A stretch of 32,351 nt of DNA from an uncultured Deferribacteres bacterium (GCA_964014485.1 CAXHAT010000084.1:1-32351); one strand, 5' to 3'; counted from the stretch's first letter, positions 10,001 through 18,924 are shown. Numbers and translations are program-made. Notes: a model not told the origin generated them from the letters alone.

Positions 10001-10043
10001 GCGCGCAAAAAAGCAATGTTCTTGGAAACAAACGACTCTGCAT
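4059..10043 (-). CDS. Large secreted S8 subtilisin-like peptidase with FN3, MAM-like, Ig-like, YWTD propeller, cohesin, dockerin-like and FlgD-Ig/T9SS-like C-terminal domains
   Basis: Signal peptide. Triad motifs VIDSG, HGTHVAG and GTSMASPH. Six YW-type blades (VFWG, IYWAS, LYWAD, IYWTE, VYFVD, VYWAD). Dockerin-like DVDQNRELNLADA. C-terminal NYPNPFNPTTTIRY...KMLLLK. CAGGAGG RBS. Confidence 0.93.
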   Translation of the reverse strand: MQSRLFPRTLLFCALSFFLTQFVFAQQRPEPDYIEGRLIIKFKPSAAENTINATLSAFNARSVKKFKLIGAEVIEISNTTTARAISLLQNDPSVEYAHPDYIVRAIGPFENAAADSQTFPEDPRFPEYYGLHNTGQTGGTEDADIDAPEAWNITTGGSEVIIGVIDSGVDWEHEDLAANMWTNPGEIPNNGIDDDDNGFIDDVHGWDFANNDNNPFDDNGHGTHVAGTAAAVGNNGVGGAGVNWSARIMALKFLNASGSGSTSDAIAAVEYATAMGAHLTNNSWGGGPFEQALLDVIQASGDAGMLFIAAAGNDGTDNDNFPHYPSNYALDNIISVASTDHNDNRSGFSNFGLTSVDVGAPGSSILSTFPNNSYGVISGTSMASPHVAGLASLLLSYVPNLAPGEVKEAIMSSVDPLPALDGITVTGGRINAYNALMAVEQDSIPPDAISDLQIVSPGSNTMVLSWTASGDDTSDGTAKSYDVRFSTQPIFEGNFDEASKAANPPSPQEAGTVEEFKVTGLDFSTPYFFAIRVFDEQGNGSDISNVVDGSTLGAPQIAVEPDTLEAMLFTGEKAFDMFEIANVGEGTLDFVIPDFDEQASVRLVAAQGDNLHVQVLPTPSQKTRRDGVRQLQNIAPVQMGPSKATPLLRSVLANAGAEATVFYDDFEGEDQGWTIELYNNTTDALWHPTNSSFNSPETSWWCADEATGNYSTGSRISAAAVSPEISLSGALAPITLQFFENYNTETGFDRCMVDISTDGGTSWIPLRGDISEAPSGNSGGWIMTSLDISEFTGETIQVRFYFDTQDGIGNLFPGWFFDDVLITNANLPFISVTPNEGTVPANGMENIEVTFDAAGLFGDVYQADVIVESNDPDTPQAIVRALLTVENAPDIGVAPSELNFGEVFVGFSETLPFEVENAGTDTLNISEITSNNAVFSFQFSDTTLAPGDAGKGEVTFAPINAGEYSANLTFFSDDPDQPQFELPLSGEAVSPPIIDVSPAEINLFAKPGDSTFAALTIANNGGSDLVFSVGDEEQSVNAQIANHAVFWGVNTSVQDTLNCSDLDGSTVSSILVTPNTFLGIAIDEIGRRIYWASPDEGAIKSSAMDGGDLVTVVDGLFTPVDVAIDPVNQKLYWADFSANVISRANLDGSNEEVIINGANGLSNDPAGVTAAEKPSVANEKPDVISSPWGIALDLVHGKIYWTEQNVDRVSRANLDGSEVEICIETGLNGPRGIGYDPESNRVYFVDSFNNALKSFDTETKNATLVKQLGADDNPLALAIESNRGHVYWADNVRDYIARVDLEGNEFEVIAETSVPETDGPFGLAVASGGWLTESPNQGVVPAGESAEILVTADASALEEGDYEAVINVSSNDPVTSDVRIPVFLKVAQTEVIISTPDDIEGLVGDQLDVPVYLTINDSTLSVAVLGAAMKITGGLLSYVGFTKGDILTDQTFEVNPVSSDSLRMALSGFGVDPVSDSGVLATLHFSISQGAQTGDMATFEYNELSSADPTARSLVTIGIDGKATVFNELSIGGVVHYSRTDGSPSESKPVQGLDVLLKSGDESVGELKTDSKGAYSLENIEARKDYTLELRRVSGGRGFAVNPTDALVAFLGTQNPETLSGGQKLASDVDQNRELNLADATAIFDRFLGLVGAFEPFEWRAYPAAFDINETADSWKMTPVGNLYPNLRSRKKDQDFLAVVLGDANLSWVPVEESESLAKNVSPIAHGQPDLLMHIEKASVANSGLTAVQVVVSGDVLENGVYAFGGDVEFDDATFEIADVRWVGATPEDFQLAHRIHRFEDVLNDQEESLSLLRFGGFAKSEKGLSKNGVLLEIDLRTKKSAQAGVASELRIVEATASFRTSVRDNERVYTLQGEKMSLASAQVEVAGNEIVVSALPAEFGLEANYPNPFNPTTTIRYQLAEFAQVKLEIYNTVGQRIATLVQDEAQEAGFYSVEWNARDAAGAAVASGMYVYRIQAVYGEKKFVQTNKMLLLK

Positions 10044-10332
10044 ATGGCCCTCCTGACAGGTTAGGGAAAATTGTATTCAAAGCATCAAAGCGACGGCCGG
10101 CGAGACGAGAGAAAAAGGCGGGCTTTTCAGGGAGCGTGATGAGACCTTGTTTCTTTCGATAAACGGCTTCGTTCAACTGCAATCACGAAAACACCATGCC
10201 ATAGATTGACGATCAGTAAAGATTTCCCATTGTCGCAATGATTTGCAGCAATGCACCCCTTTTCAATCGGCGGAATGTCAATTTACAAGCTAAAATAACT
10301 TAGACCGTTCCTTTTCAAAAAGGAAGGAAATC

Positions 10333-10361
10333 TTGACGATGTTGCGAGTTATGATTATCAT
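10333..10361 (+). promoter_or_regulatory. Sigma70-type promoter for the S9 peptidase gene
   Basis: TTGACG-N17-TATCAT, 48 bp upstream of ATG 10410. Confidence 0.5.
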
Positions 10362-10409
10362 CACGGGTTTCCGTAAACAACCGCCGATTTATAAAAACGG
10401 GTTTTTATT

Positions 10410-12620
10410 ATGACCAAAAGCTTTCGAATTGTTGCATTCCTGTTTATTGCGCTTGTCACGGGCGTCGTCGCTCAAGAAAAAATTTCTGTCGAATGGATTT
10501 ACAGCGGCCAAAGCGGCGCACTCACCGCCATGCCGTCGTTTAAGTGGCTTGATGACGGGACGGCGCTGCTGTACGATCGCCAAATTCCGGCGGCTGAGAG
10601 GACAATCGAAAGGCTTGACCCAAGAACCGGGAACCGGACGCCCGCGCTCGACCGTGAAGAAACAATGGCCGAGTTGCATCGCATTTTGGGCATGAACAAC
10701 GCGCCTGAAGCGCCGCTGTGGCCCGCCGAGATTACAAGTTCGGGTAAAAGCGCGCTCTACATTTTTGAAGGCGATCTTTACCTGCTCAATTTTGAAAGCT
10801 CAAAAATTACCCAGGTGACCAAGACCAAGGCGGAAGAAAAATCCGCACGATTCTCTCCGGACGGCGGCAAGCTGGCGTTTGTCCGCCAAAACGACCTTTT
10901 TGTCTACGACCTGTCGCAAAAAAGTGAAACTCGCCTGACTTGGGACGGTTCCGAAACAACGCTCAACGGAACGCTGAGCTGGGTTTATTGGGAGGAAATA
11001 TTCGGACGGCAAGACCTTGGATATTGGTGGTCGGACGACTCAAAATCCATCGCCTATTTGCAAACCGACGAGTCAAACGTCGCGGTTTCGCATTTTGTCC
11101 ATTTTCGCCCGGCCACGCCGGAAGTAATCACGCAGCGCTATCCAAAATCGGGCACGGAAAATCCCAAAGTACGCGTCGGCGTCGTGCGCGCGAAAGGCGG
11201 CGAGACGGTCTGGTCTGAATTGAAGCCTTACGATTATGAATACATCGCGCGGGTCAAATGGCTGCCGGACAATCGCCGGTATGCTCTGCAAACTTTAACA
11301 CGCGACGTCCAGACGCTCAATCTTTACTTTATCGATGCGGCTGCCGGCGGCGCTGAACACGTTTTCACCGAAACCGATCCAGGCTGGATCAATATTCACG
11401 ACGATCTCTATTTTCTTAAAAACGGCAAGCATTTCATTTGGCAGTCGGAGCGCAACGGTTACGCGCACTTGTATCGTTACTCGATGGACGGCGAGCTTGT
11501 CAACCAAATCACCAAGGGCGATTGGGCTGTGAGATCAGCCAGCGGCGGCGTTTTTTGGCTGCGTCAAGCCGTGCAAGCCATCGATGAAAAAAGCGGCTGG
11601 GTTTATTTTACAGCTCTGGAAAAATCTTCTGTAGAGAAACATCTCTACCGCATCAAAATGAACGGTTCGCAAATGCAGCGCCTGTCGGCGGAAGACGGCA
11701 CGCATTTTATCGCCTTCAGCCCGCCTGGGGAATATTATTTCGACCGATTTTCGACGCTTTCCAACGCGCCGAGTTTGCGTTTGCACAAAAAAGACGGCAC
11801 ACTGGTGCAAGGCGTCTCTAACTCAAACACGGAAGCGCTGGCCAAGCTCGACTTGCAGGCTCCGGAATTGCTCAACATCCCGGCTTCGGACGGCTTTCAA
11901 ATGCCGGCGAAAATTCTCAAGCCCGCGAATTTCGATCCCAACAAAAAATATCCGTTGATTCTCTACGTTTACGGCGGCCCCTCAGCGCCAACCGTTGCTA
12001 ACGCATGGCAATCGCGTAATTATTATTTCGATCAAATGTTGCTCGACCGAGGCTTTCTCGTCGCCGGCGTCGATAATCGCAGTGCAACGGCGATCAGCAA
12101 GAAACTCGAAAACACCATCCTGCGCCAGATGTCCAGTGACGGTGAATTAAACGATCTTGTTGACGCAGTGCGTTGGCTCAAAAAGCAATCGTACATCGAC
12201 CCGGACCGCGTGGGCGTTTGGGGTTGGAGCGGCGGCGGCACATTCACGATGCTCGCCATGACGCGTTCCAAAGAATTCAAGGCTGGCGTTGCCGTCGCGG
12301 GGGTGACTGACTGGGATTTTTATGATACCAAGTGGGCGGAAACGGTGATGAAAACGCAGCAGGAAAATCGCGATGGGTACAACAAGACCTCGCTTCTGCA
12401 GTACGCCAAAAATTTGCACGGTCGGCTCCTGCTGGTTCACGGCACCTACGACGACAACGTGCATCCGCAACACAGTTGGAGCTTCATCAACGAACTCATC
12501 GCCGCGAACAAGAGATTTGAGATGATGTTTTATCCAATGCGCAAACACAGCATTTCCGACAGTTCGGCGCGGATTCATCTTTACAACACCATGCTGGAAT
12601 TTTGGAAGAGGAATCTTTGA
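10410..12620 (+). CDS. S9B dipeptidyl peptidase IV-like peptidase
   Basis: Signal peptide. DPPIV_N features (NG...WVYWEEI, YPKSG..NP). Catalytic domain motifs YGGP, GWSGGG nucleophile, HGTYDDNVH and a C-terminal His. Confidence 0.93.
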   Translation: MTKSFRIVAFLFIALVTGVVAQEKISVEWIYSGQSGALTAMPSFKWLDDGTALLYDRQIPAAERTIERLDPRTGNRTPALDREETMAELHRILGMNNAPEAPLWPAEITSSGKSALYIFEGDLYLLNFESSKITQVTKTKAEEKSARFSPDGGKLAFVRQNDLFVYDLSQKSETRLTWDGSETTLNGTLSWVYWEEIFGRQDLGYWWSDDSKSIAYLQTDESNVAVSHFVHFRPATPEVITQRYPKSGTENPKVRVGVVRAKGGETVWSELKPYDYEYIARVKWLPDNRRYALQTLTRDVQTLNLYFIDAAAGGAEHVFTETDPGWINIHDDLYFLKNGKHFIWQSERNGYAHLYRYSMDGELVNQITKGDWAVRSASGGVFWLRQAVQAIDEKSGWVYFTALEKSSVEKHLYRIKMNGSQMQRLSAEDGTHFIAFSPPGEYYFDRFSTLSNAPSLRLHKKDGTLVQGVSNSNTEALAKLDLQAPELLNIPASDGFQMPAKILKPANFDPNKKYPLILYVYGGPSAPTVANAWQSRNYYFDQMLLDRGFLVAGVDNRSATAISKKLENTILRQMSSDGELNDLVDAVRWLKKQSYIDPDRVGVWGWSGGGTFTMLAMTRSKEFKAGVAVAGVTDWDFYDTKWAETVMKTQQENRDGYNKTSLLQYAKNLHGRLLLVHGTYDDNVHPQHSWSFINELIAANKRFEMMFYPMRKHSISDSSARIHLYNTMLEFWKRNL

Positions 12621-12673
12621 TTAGTAACTGGTGATGAGTTTTTAATGAATAGAAATGAAAAAACGGGAGCCCG

Positions 12674-13363
12674 ATGAACAACGCTCTCAACATCCATAAC
12701 TGGAACGTTTCAATCGCCGAAGCCAAAGCGATTCAAGAAGAATTGCGACAAAAGGTTGTTTTGAAAGATCAATTTGGTAATGTGCGTTTTGTTGCGGGCG
12801 TAGACGTGGGTTTCGAAGAGCAAAACACGATTGCGCGCACTGCGATTGTCGTACTCACTTTTCCAGACTTGAAAGTTCATGAGCATGTGGTTTCGCGACG
12901 GCCCGTGACCTTTCCTTACGTCCCGGGCTATCTTTCTTTTCGAGAGATTCCCGGAGTTTTGGACGCGCTGTCAAAGCTAAAAACCACGCCCGATCTTTTG
13001 CTTTGTGACGGCGCGGGAATCGCGCATCCGCGCAGGCTGGGTATTGCCGCGCATATTGGCGTACTTACGGGGTTCGCAACGATTGGCGTTGCCAAAAGCC
13101 GACTTTTAGGCAAGCATGAAACGCTTCCAGAAGAAAAAGGCGCGGCGGTTGAGTTGATTGATAAAAACGAAGTTATTGGCTGGGTGTTGAGATCACGAAC
13201 CGGCGTGAAGCCGCTTTACATTTCACCGGGACACAAAGTGAGCCTAGAAACGGCGAAAGGATTCGTATTGAAATGTCTGACAAAATACCGCCTGCCCGAA
13301 ACGACGCGCTGGGCGCATAAACTGGCTTCGGACAAGCGTTATCGAAACGAAGGGCTGCTATGA
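12674..13363 (+). CDS. nfi: Endonuclease V
   Basis: AGVDVGF, FPYVPGYLSFRE wedge motif, DGAGIAHPRRLGIA, GVAKS and RLPETTRWAH. Confidence 0.95.
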   Translation: MNNALNIHNWNVSIAEAKAIQEELRQKVVLKDQFGNVRFVAGVDVGFEEQNTIARTAIVVLTFPDLKVHEHVVSRRPVTFPYVPGYLSFREIPGVLDALSKLKTTPDLLLCDGAGIAHPRRLGIAAHIGVLTGFATIGVAKSRLLGKHETLPEEKGAAVELIDKNEVIGWVLRSRTGVKPLYISPGHKVSLETAKGFVLKCLTKYRLPETTRWAHKLASDKRYRNEGLL

Positions 13364-14160
13364 CCAAACTGTCCCAAAACGCTCTCAAGTCCTTGGCAAA
13401 GCTGCGCCAAAAGAAACATCGTCGGGAAGCGGGACGGTACATTGCCGAAGGCGCGCGATTGGTGCAAGAAGCGTTGCTGTCGAAATGCCCGGTTGAATGC
13501 CTTGTTTGCACCGGCGCTTTTCAGGAGAATGCGCTGGCTGACAAAATCTTCCGACTCGCGAATCACCGCAAAATTCAATGTTTCGAGACAGGTTCAAAAG
13601 ATTTTGCCAGGCTTGCCGAGACAGTCCACTCTCAAGGCGTGTTGGCGGTCGTTCATCTGGAAAAAACTTCACAAAACACACTCAGGGAAATCGCTTCTCA
13701 AGATGAATGCCTCATTCTCGCGATAGAAAAATTGCACGATCCGGGGAACTTGGGAACGATTTTCCGAACCGCCGCATGGTTTGGCGTTGACGGCGTCGCC
13801 CTCGGCACGGACTGCGTCGATTGGACGAACGGGAAGGTGCTGCGCGCATCTATGGGCGCGTGTTTTAATCTGCCAATTTTCGAAATATGCGACTTTGAAG
13901 ATTATTTGGGTAAACAGAAAGAAAATGGCGCAGTGATTTACGCCTCCACTCCAAAGAGCGGCAAGAATTACGTTGAGACGGAATATGCAAAACGGAAAAT
14001 TCTCTTGGTTGGAGATGAAACGGAAGGCCTAAGTCAGACAAGTATAGAACTCGCCGATCAAAAAATTACCATCCCCCGACGCGGCTCCGGAGAATCCCTC
14101 AACGCCGCATCTGCGGCTGCAATCCTGTTCGCTGAAGTGACTCGCGGATCAAAAGGGTGA
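13360..14160 (+). CDS. TrmH/SpoU family RNA methyltransferase
   Basis: DPGNLGTIFRTA, RASMGA, GDETEGLS and ESLNA motifs. ATGA overlap with nfi. Confidence 0.93.
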   Translation: MTKLSQNALKSLAKLRQKKHRREAGRYIAEGARLVQEALLSKCPVECLVCTGAFQENALADKIFRLANHRKIQCFETGSKDFARLAETVHSQGVLAVVHLEKTSQNTLREIASQDECLILAIEKLHDPGNLGTIFRTAAWFGVDGVALGTDCVDWTNGKVLRASMGACFNLPIFEICDFEDYLGKQKENGAVIYASTPKSGKNYVETEYAKRKILLVGDETEGLSQTSIELADQKITIPRRGSGESLNAASAAAILFAEVTRGSKG

Positions 14161-14167
14161 TGTCGCC

Positions 14168-14764
14168 TCACCGGCTTCTCGCTTTCAACACATCAACAAC
14201 ATCATTCAACGACAATTTCATTTCTTCGAGCAAAACTAAAAAATGATAGATAAGGTCGGCGGCTTCTTCTTTAAATTTTTCCTGATTATTGTCTTTGGCT
14301 TCAATGATCAATTCCACCATTTCTTCGCCGACTTTTTGCACGATTCGATTTTTGCCTGCTTCAAATAACGAGCTCGTATAGGAAGCGTCCATTGGATTTT
14401 CTCTCCTTTCTCGAATCGTATCGGCGAGTTGATTCAAAAACTCCACTTTCCCCGCCGTGTTTGATTCGCCAAAACAAGTGTCATCGCCGGTGTGGCAAAC
14501 CGGCCCGGTTGGAACAGCTTTGACAAGAATGGCGTCCCGGTCGCAATCGACCAGAATTTCCTTCACGTACAAGCGATTGCCGGAAGTCTGCCCTTTCACC
14601 CAAATCTCCTGCCGGGAGCGACTATAAAACGTCGCCAATTTCGATTCTTGCGTTTTCTCAAAAGCTTCAGCGTTCATGTACCCGAGCATGAGCACTTTTC
14701 CCGTGTCGGCGTCTTGAACAATCGCCGGAACCAGACCGCCGGACTTCTTAAAATCAATTTTCAT
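14168..14764 (-). CDS. hisIE: Bifunctional phosphoribosyl-AMP cyclohydrolase / phosphoribosyl-ATP pyrophosphatase
   Basis: [39 protein letters not shown] and EAADL. Confidence 0.96.
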   Translation of the reverse strand: MKIDFKKSGGLVPAIVQDADTGKVLMLGYMNAEAFEKTQESKLATFYSRSRQEIWVKGQTSGNRLYVKEILVDCDRDAILVKAVPTGPVCHTGDDTCFGESNTAGKVEFLNQLADTIRERRENPMDASYTSSLFEAGKNRIVQKVGEEMVELIIEAKDNNQEKFKEEAADLIYHFLVLLEEMKLSLNDVVDVLKARSR

Positions 14765-15516
14765 ATTCGCACCGGAATGTTGTTTTGGCGTAATCGGTTC
14801 TTGAGTTCGAATATCTCGATCTCCTTGAAGTGAAACAAGCTTGCAGCCAAAGCGGCGTCAGCGGCGCCGCGAGTAAAAATCTCAACAAAATGTTCAATTT
14901 TTCCCGCGCCGCCTGAAGCAATAACCGGAATGGAAACTTGTTCAGAGATTTGACGCGTCAGTTCAACCGCAAAGCCTTGTTTCGTTCCATCGTGATCCAT
15001 CGAAGTCAGCAGAATTTCCCCGGCTCCGAGGGACTCAGCACGTTTGGCCCATTCCAGCGCGATGTAACCCGTTGCTTTTTTACCGGCGTTAATAAAAACT
15101 TGCAGGCTCTCCCCCATTCGTTTGGCGTCAATCGCGACGACAATGCACTGGCTTCCAAATTCGTTGGCTAAATTGCGCAAAAGATCGGGATTTCTGACGG
15201 CGGCTGAATTAATGGCAATCTTGTCCGCGCCTGCGTTTAGCAGCTTGGAAACGTCATCGATTGAACTGACGCCGCCGCCGACGGTGAACGGAATATTTAT
15301 TTCCCGGGCGATTTTTTGGACTAGATCGAGCAATGTTTTTCTTCGCTGCAGGGTCGCGGTCACGTCGAGAAAAACCAGCTCGTCCGCGCCTTGCTCAACG
15401 TAAACTTTCGCCATCTCAACCGGATCGCCCGCGTCTCTGAGATTTTGAAAATTGACGCCCTTGACAATCCGACCGTCCTTAATATCAAAACATGGGATGA
15501 TGCGCTTGGTTAGCAT
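14761..15516 (-). CDS. hisF: Imidazole glycerol phosphate synthase cyclase subunit
   Basis: [34 protein letters not shown] and PVIASGGAG. Confidence 0.97.
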   Translation of the reverse strand: MLTKRIIPCFDIKDGRIVKGVNFQNLRDAGDPVEMAKVYVEQGADELVFLDVTATLQRRKTLLDLVQKIAREINIPFTVGGGVSSIDDVSKLLNAGADKIAINSAAVRNPDLLRNLANEFGSQCIVVAIDAKRMGESLQVFINAGKKATGYIALEWAKRAESLGAGEILLTSMDHDGTKQGFAVELTRQISEQVSIPVIASGGAGKIEHFVEIFTRGAADAALAASLFHFKEIEIFELKNRLRQNNIPVRI

Positions 15517-16238
15517 TGTCGTTGGCGTCGTTTCAGTTCATCAAAGCTGATTTTCTTCTCATAGATCGCCCGTCCGACAATCACGCTCCGCACGCCAATC
15601 GACCCCAGCGCTTCAACGTCATCCATCGACGAAACGCCGCCGCTGGCGATAAAATTCATCCGGGGAAATTCACGCAGCAGTTTTTTGTAAAGCGTAAACG
15701 CCGGCCCCTGCAAGGCTCCATCTTTCGAAACGTCAGTGCAAAGCACGTCGCGTAGACCAAGATTTTGATAGCTCGCTACGTAATCGAAGACGTTGATTTC
15801 GGTTTGGTCTTGCCACGCTGAAACGGCGATTTTTTCATCGATCACATCTGCGCCGAGAATGAATTTTTCAGCGCCGTGTTTTTTAAGCCAGCTTTCGAAA
15901 AGCGGCTTGTTTTTAACGGCAATGCTGCCGCAGGCGATTTGATGCGCGCCGAACTCGAACGCCGTCGCCGCATCTTTTTCCGTTCGAATCCCGCCGCTAA
16001 AATCAATCAACAAATTGGTTTGTTGCGCAATTTGACGCAGAATCGCGTGGTTGACGACCCGGCCGTTGCGCGCGCCGTCCAGATCGACCAGGTGCAGCCT
16101 GCGGACGCCGGCGTCTTCGAAACGTTTTGCCGTCGCAAGCGGATTGTCGCTATAGACGGTTTTTTGATCGAAATCGCCGTGCAGCAAGCGCACGCACTTG
16201 CCGTCGATGAGATCGATTGCAGGAATAATTTCAATCAT
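15510..16238 (-). CDS. hisA: ProFAR isomerase
   Basis: [34 protein letters not shown] and IASGGV. Confidence 0.96.
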   Translation of the reverse strand: MIEIIPAIDLIDGKCVRLLHGDFDQKTVYSDNPLATAKRFEDAGVRRLHLVDLDGARNGRVVNHAILRQIAQQTNLLIDFSGGIRTEKDAATAFEFGAHQIACGSIAVKNKPLFESWLKKHGAEKFILGADVIDEKIAVSAWQDQTEINVFDYVASYQNLGLRDVLCTDVSKDGALQGPAFTLYKKLLREFPRMNFIASGGVSSMDDVEALGSIGVRSVIVGRAIYEKKISFDELKRRQRQC

Positions 16239-16816
16239 ATTTTCAGAAAGTTTTCAAGAATTTTCGCCCCGTCATCGCCGCTCTTTTCCGGGTGAAACTG
16301 GACGGCGTAAAAGTTGTCTTTGTGCATCGCGGCGCTAAAAGGGAGGATGTAGTCTGCGGTCGCTGTGGTGAAATCGCCCGACTCGACGTAGTAGCTGTGT
16401 ACAAAATAAACAAACGGTGCGCTCGGCAAACCGTCGAACAACGGGCTCTTGAGCTCAAAAATGTTGTTCCAACCGATGTGCGGCACTTTCAGGTGCGGCT
16501 CGAATTTTCGCACCTTTTGCGCGAAAATTCCCAGACATTGCGTATCGTTTTCTTCCGAATATTCGCACATCAACTGCTGGCCGAGGCATACGCCAAGCAC
16601 TGGCTGCTTGAGCTTGGGAATCAGTTTATCGAGGCCTTTTTGTTTTAGATAATTCATCGCGGCGCTCGCCTCGCCGACGCCCGGAAAAATGACGCGGTCC
16701 GCCGAACGAATTATTTCGATGTCATCGGTTAAAAGCGGCTCAACGCCCAGACGATTCAGCGCATAGAAAACAGACTGGATGTTTCCGGCATTGTACTTGA
16801 TGACGGCCAGTTTCAT
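16235..16816 (-). CDS. hisH: Imidazole glycerol phosphate synthase glutaminase subunit
   Basis: PGVG, GVCLG.Q, YFVHSY and QFHPEKS. Confidence 0.97.
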   Translation of the reverse strand: MKLAVIKYNAGNIQSVFYALNRLGVEPLLTDDIEIIRSADRVIFPGVGEASAAMNYLKQKGLDKLIPKLKQPVLGVCLGQQLMCEYSEENDTQCLGIFAQKVRKFEPHLKVPHIGWNNIFELKSPLFDGLPSAPFVYFVHSYYVESGDFTTATADYILPFSAAMHKDNFYAVQFHPEKSGDDGAKILENFLKI

Positions 16817-17856
16817 AGCGTTCCTTTCGTGCTCGGGACGCTCTGATTTTCGGGGTCTCGCTTGACGGCCATTTTCAGCGCCCGCCCCGTCGCCTTGAAA
16901 ATCGACTCGATCTTGTGATGTTCATTTTCTCCCGAAGCCTGGATATTCAAATTACATTTGGCGCTGTCTGAAAACGACTTGAAAAAATGATAAAACATCT
17001 CCGTCGGCATATCGCCGATTTTTTCGCGGCGAAATTCAGCCTTCCACACCAGCCAACTGCGTCCGGAAAAATCGAGCGCGACTTGGGCCAGCGCGTCATC
17101 CATGGGCAAGAGAAAACCGTATCGTTCGATCCCTTTTTTGTTGTCCAAAGCTTTGGCAAAAGCTTCGCCCAGCGCTAAAGCCGTATCTTCTATGGTGTGA
17201 TGTTCGTCGATGTGCAAGTCGCCTTTGACTCTAATCTCGAGGTCGCAGGACGAGTGGCGCGCGACCTGTTCAAGCATGTGATCGAAAAAGCCAAGACCGG
17301 TCTCAATTTCCGCCTTGCCGTCGCCGTCGAGATTCACTGCAACAAAAACGTCTGTTTCGGTCGTTTGGCGGCGGACTTGCGCTTTGCGAGGCGGGAAACG
17401 CAGGTATTGAAAAATATCGTCCCACGAAGCCGCCGTCAGCGCTGCGTCGGCTTGCGTTTCTTCTGAAATGAGAACGGCCCTTGCCTCGAGATGACGCGCA
17501 AGCTGCATCGTCATTTTGCCTCCGCCGACGACAAAGGAATGCGTCGAGTCGAGTATTTCCTGATAAGCTCTGTGAAGCGTCGATGCAATTTCATCCAGAT
17601 CATCGCCGGAAGTCATGAATTCTTCGAAAACGACGCCTTCGCTTTTCAAAACGGAGAACATCGCGCTTTGCGTGTCGGCAATTTTACTTTCGGCGGGAGA
17701 CGGAGAAATAATCACCAACGCATAACCAAGCTCGTCTTGAATGCGGCACAAATTGCGAATTACTTTGGACGCAAACGCCAAGCTTTCCGGCTCATCCTCC
17801 GCCATAGATCGCTGGAAAATACCCCCTTCTTTTTCGATAAAGAGTGCTTTCTTCAT
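16813..17856 (-). CDS. hisB: Imidazoleglycerol-phosphate dehydratase with a degenerate N-terminal HAD histidinol-phosphatase domain
   Basis: C-terminal IGPD motifs intact (FFDHML, DEHHTIED, NEHHKIES). The N-terminus reads LFIEKEGG instead of FIDRDGT. Confidence 0.93.
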   Translation of the reverse strand: MKKALFIEKEGGIFQRSMAEDEPESLAFASKVIRNLCRIQDELGYALVIISPSPAESKIADTQSAMFSVLKSEGVVFEEFMTSGDDLDEIASTLHRAYQEILDSTHSFVVGGGKMTMQLARHLEARAVLISEETQADAALTAASWDDIFQYLRFPPRKAQVRRQTTETDVFVAVNLDGDGKAEIETGLGFFDHMLEQVARHSSCDLEIRVKGDLHIDEHHTIEDTALALGEAFAKALDNKKGIERYGFLLPMDDALAQVALDFSGRSWLVWKAEFRREKIGDMPTEMFYHFFKSFSDSAKCNLNIQASGENEHHKIESIFKATGRALKMAVKRDPENQSVPSTKGTL

Positions 17857-17859
17857 TTT

Positions 17860-18924
17860 CTAAAATTCAATGCTTTCGAGCGCTTGTAAAAGCCGTCGGT
17901 TTTCCATCGGCGCGCCAACAGTAATGCGCAGGCAGTTCGCGCAATTCTCCAGCTTTGAGCGATCACGAACGACGATGCCTTTTTTGACAAGCGCATGGTA
18001 AATTTTAGCGGCGTTCGCGGTTTTCACAAGCAAAAAGTTCGCTTCTGACGGGTAAACTTTTAAAACGAAATCCAATTCCAAAAGCCTGCGACTGAGCTTT
18101 TCGCGTTCAGAAATCGTTTCTTGCACCCAAGCGTTTTTCTGAACCTCGTTTTCCAGCGCTCTAAGCGCCGTCTTTTGCGTCAGTCCGCTCAGGTTATAAG
18201 GCGGTTTGACTTTGTTCAAAATGTTCACAATTTTGGACGAGGCGTACAGGACTCCCAGACGCAAACTCGCCATGCCCCACGCCTTGGAAAATGTCTGCAA
18301 GACGACCAGGTTCGGATATTCGCTTAATGACGCTAAAAAACTGCCTTCGGGCGCATAGTCGATATAAGCTTCATCCAGCACGACAAGGCCGCTGAATTCT
18401 TGCAGGATTTTTTTGATGCTCTCTGGGTCAAAGCAATTGCCCGTGGGATTGTTTGGAGAGCAAATGAAAATAATTTTCGTTGATTCGCTGGCGGCGCTGA
18501 AAACGGCTCCAGGGGCGATTTCAAAAGATTCACTCAGCGGCGCTTTGAGCACTTTTACGTCATTAATATCCGCGCTGACCGCATACATGCCGTAGGTCGG
18601 CGGCATGATGATGATTTCATCCAAGCCCGGACGACAAAACGCCCGCAGCATTAAGTCAATCGGCTCGTCACTGCCGTTCCCGAGAAAAATCTGACTTGGC
18701 GCAACACCTTTCATCAGGCCCAGCGCCTCCTTGAGCCGCCATTGCAGCGGATCGGGATAGCGATTTAAACCGCCAGCGGCTGTAGAGCCTAAGGCGTTTT
18801 CGTTGGCGTCCAGAAACACATCCGCTTCGCCCAAAAATTCAGACCTTGCGGAAGAATAGGGCTTTAAATTGCGAATATTTTCTCGCAAAAACTCATCGGG
18901 GTTGAACGCTTTCTTTCGGCTCAT
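17860..18924 (-). CDS. hisC: Histidinol-phosphate aminotransferase
   Basis: LDANEN, NRYPDP, GNGSDE, CSPNNPTG, DEAY and TFSKAWG.ASLRLG. Confidence 0.96.
   Translation of the reverse strand: MSRKKAFNPDEFLRENIRNLKPYSSARSEFLGEADVFLDANENALGSTAAGGLNRYPDPLQWRLKEALGLMKGVAPSQIFLGNGSDEPIDLMLRAFCRPGLDEIIIMPPTYGMYAVSADINDVKVLKAPLSESFEIAPGAVFSAASESTKIIFICSPNNPTGNCFDPESIKKILQEFSGLVVLDEAYIDYAPEGSFLASLSEYPNLVVLQTFSKAWGMASLRLGVLYASSKIVNILNKVKPPYNLSGLTQKTALRALENEVQKNAWVQETISEREKLSRRLLELDFVLKVYPSEANFLLVKTANAAKIYHALVKKGIVVRDRSKLENCANCLRITVGAPMENRRLLQALESIEF

Noticed and set aside
10044..10200. Riboswitch in the S8 leader (contains TCGAAAGA on the minus strand)
   Set aside because: I could not find the other conserved elements of c-di-GMP-I or any riboswitch I recognise. 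An Rfam scan would settle it.
10186..10201. Sigma54 promoter for the S8 gene (minus strand TGGCATGGTGTTTTCG)
   Set aside because: The -24 box is good but the -12 GC is missing.
14161..14167. Only 7 bp between convergent trmH and hisIE, with no terminator
   Set aside because: Tight convergent ends are common, and nothing else points to antisense regulation.
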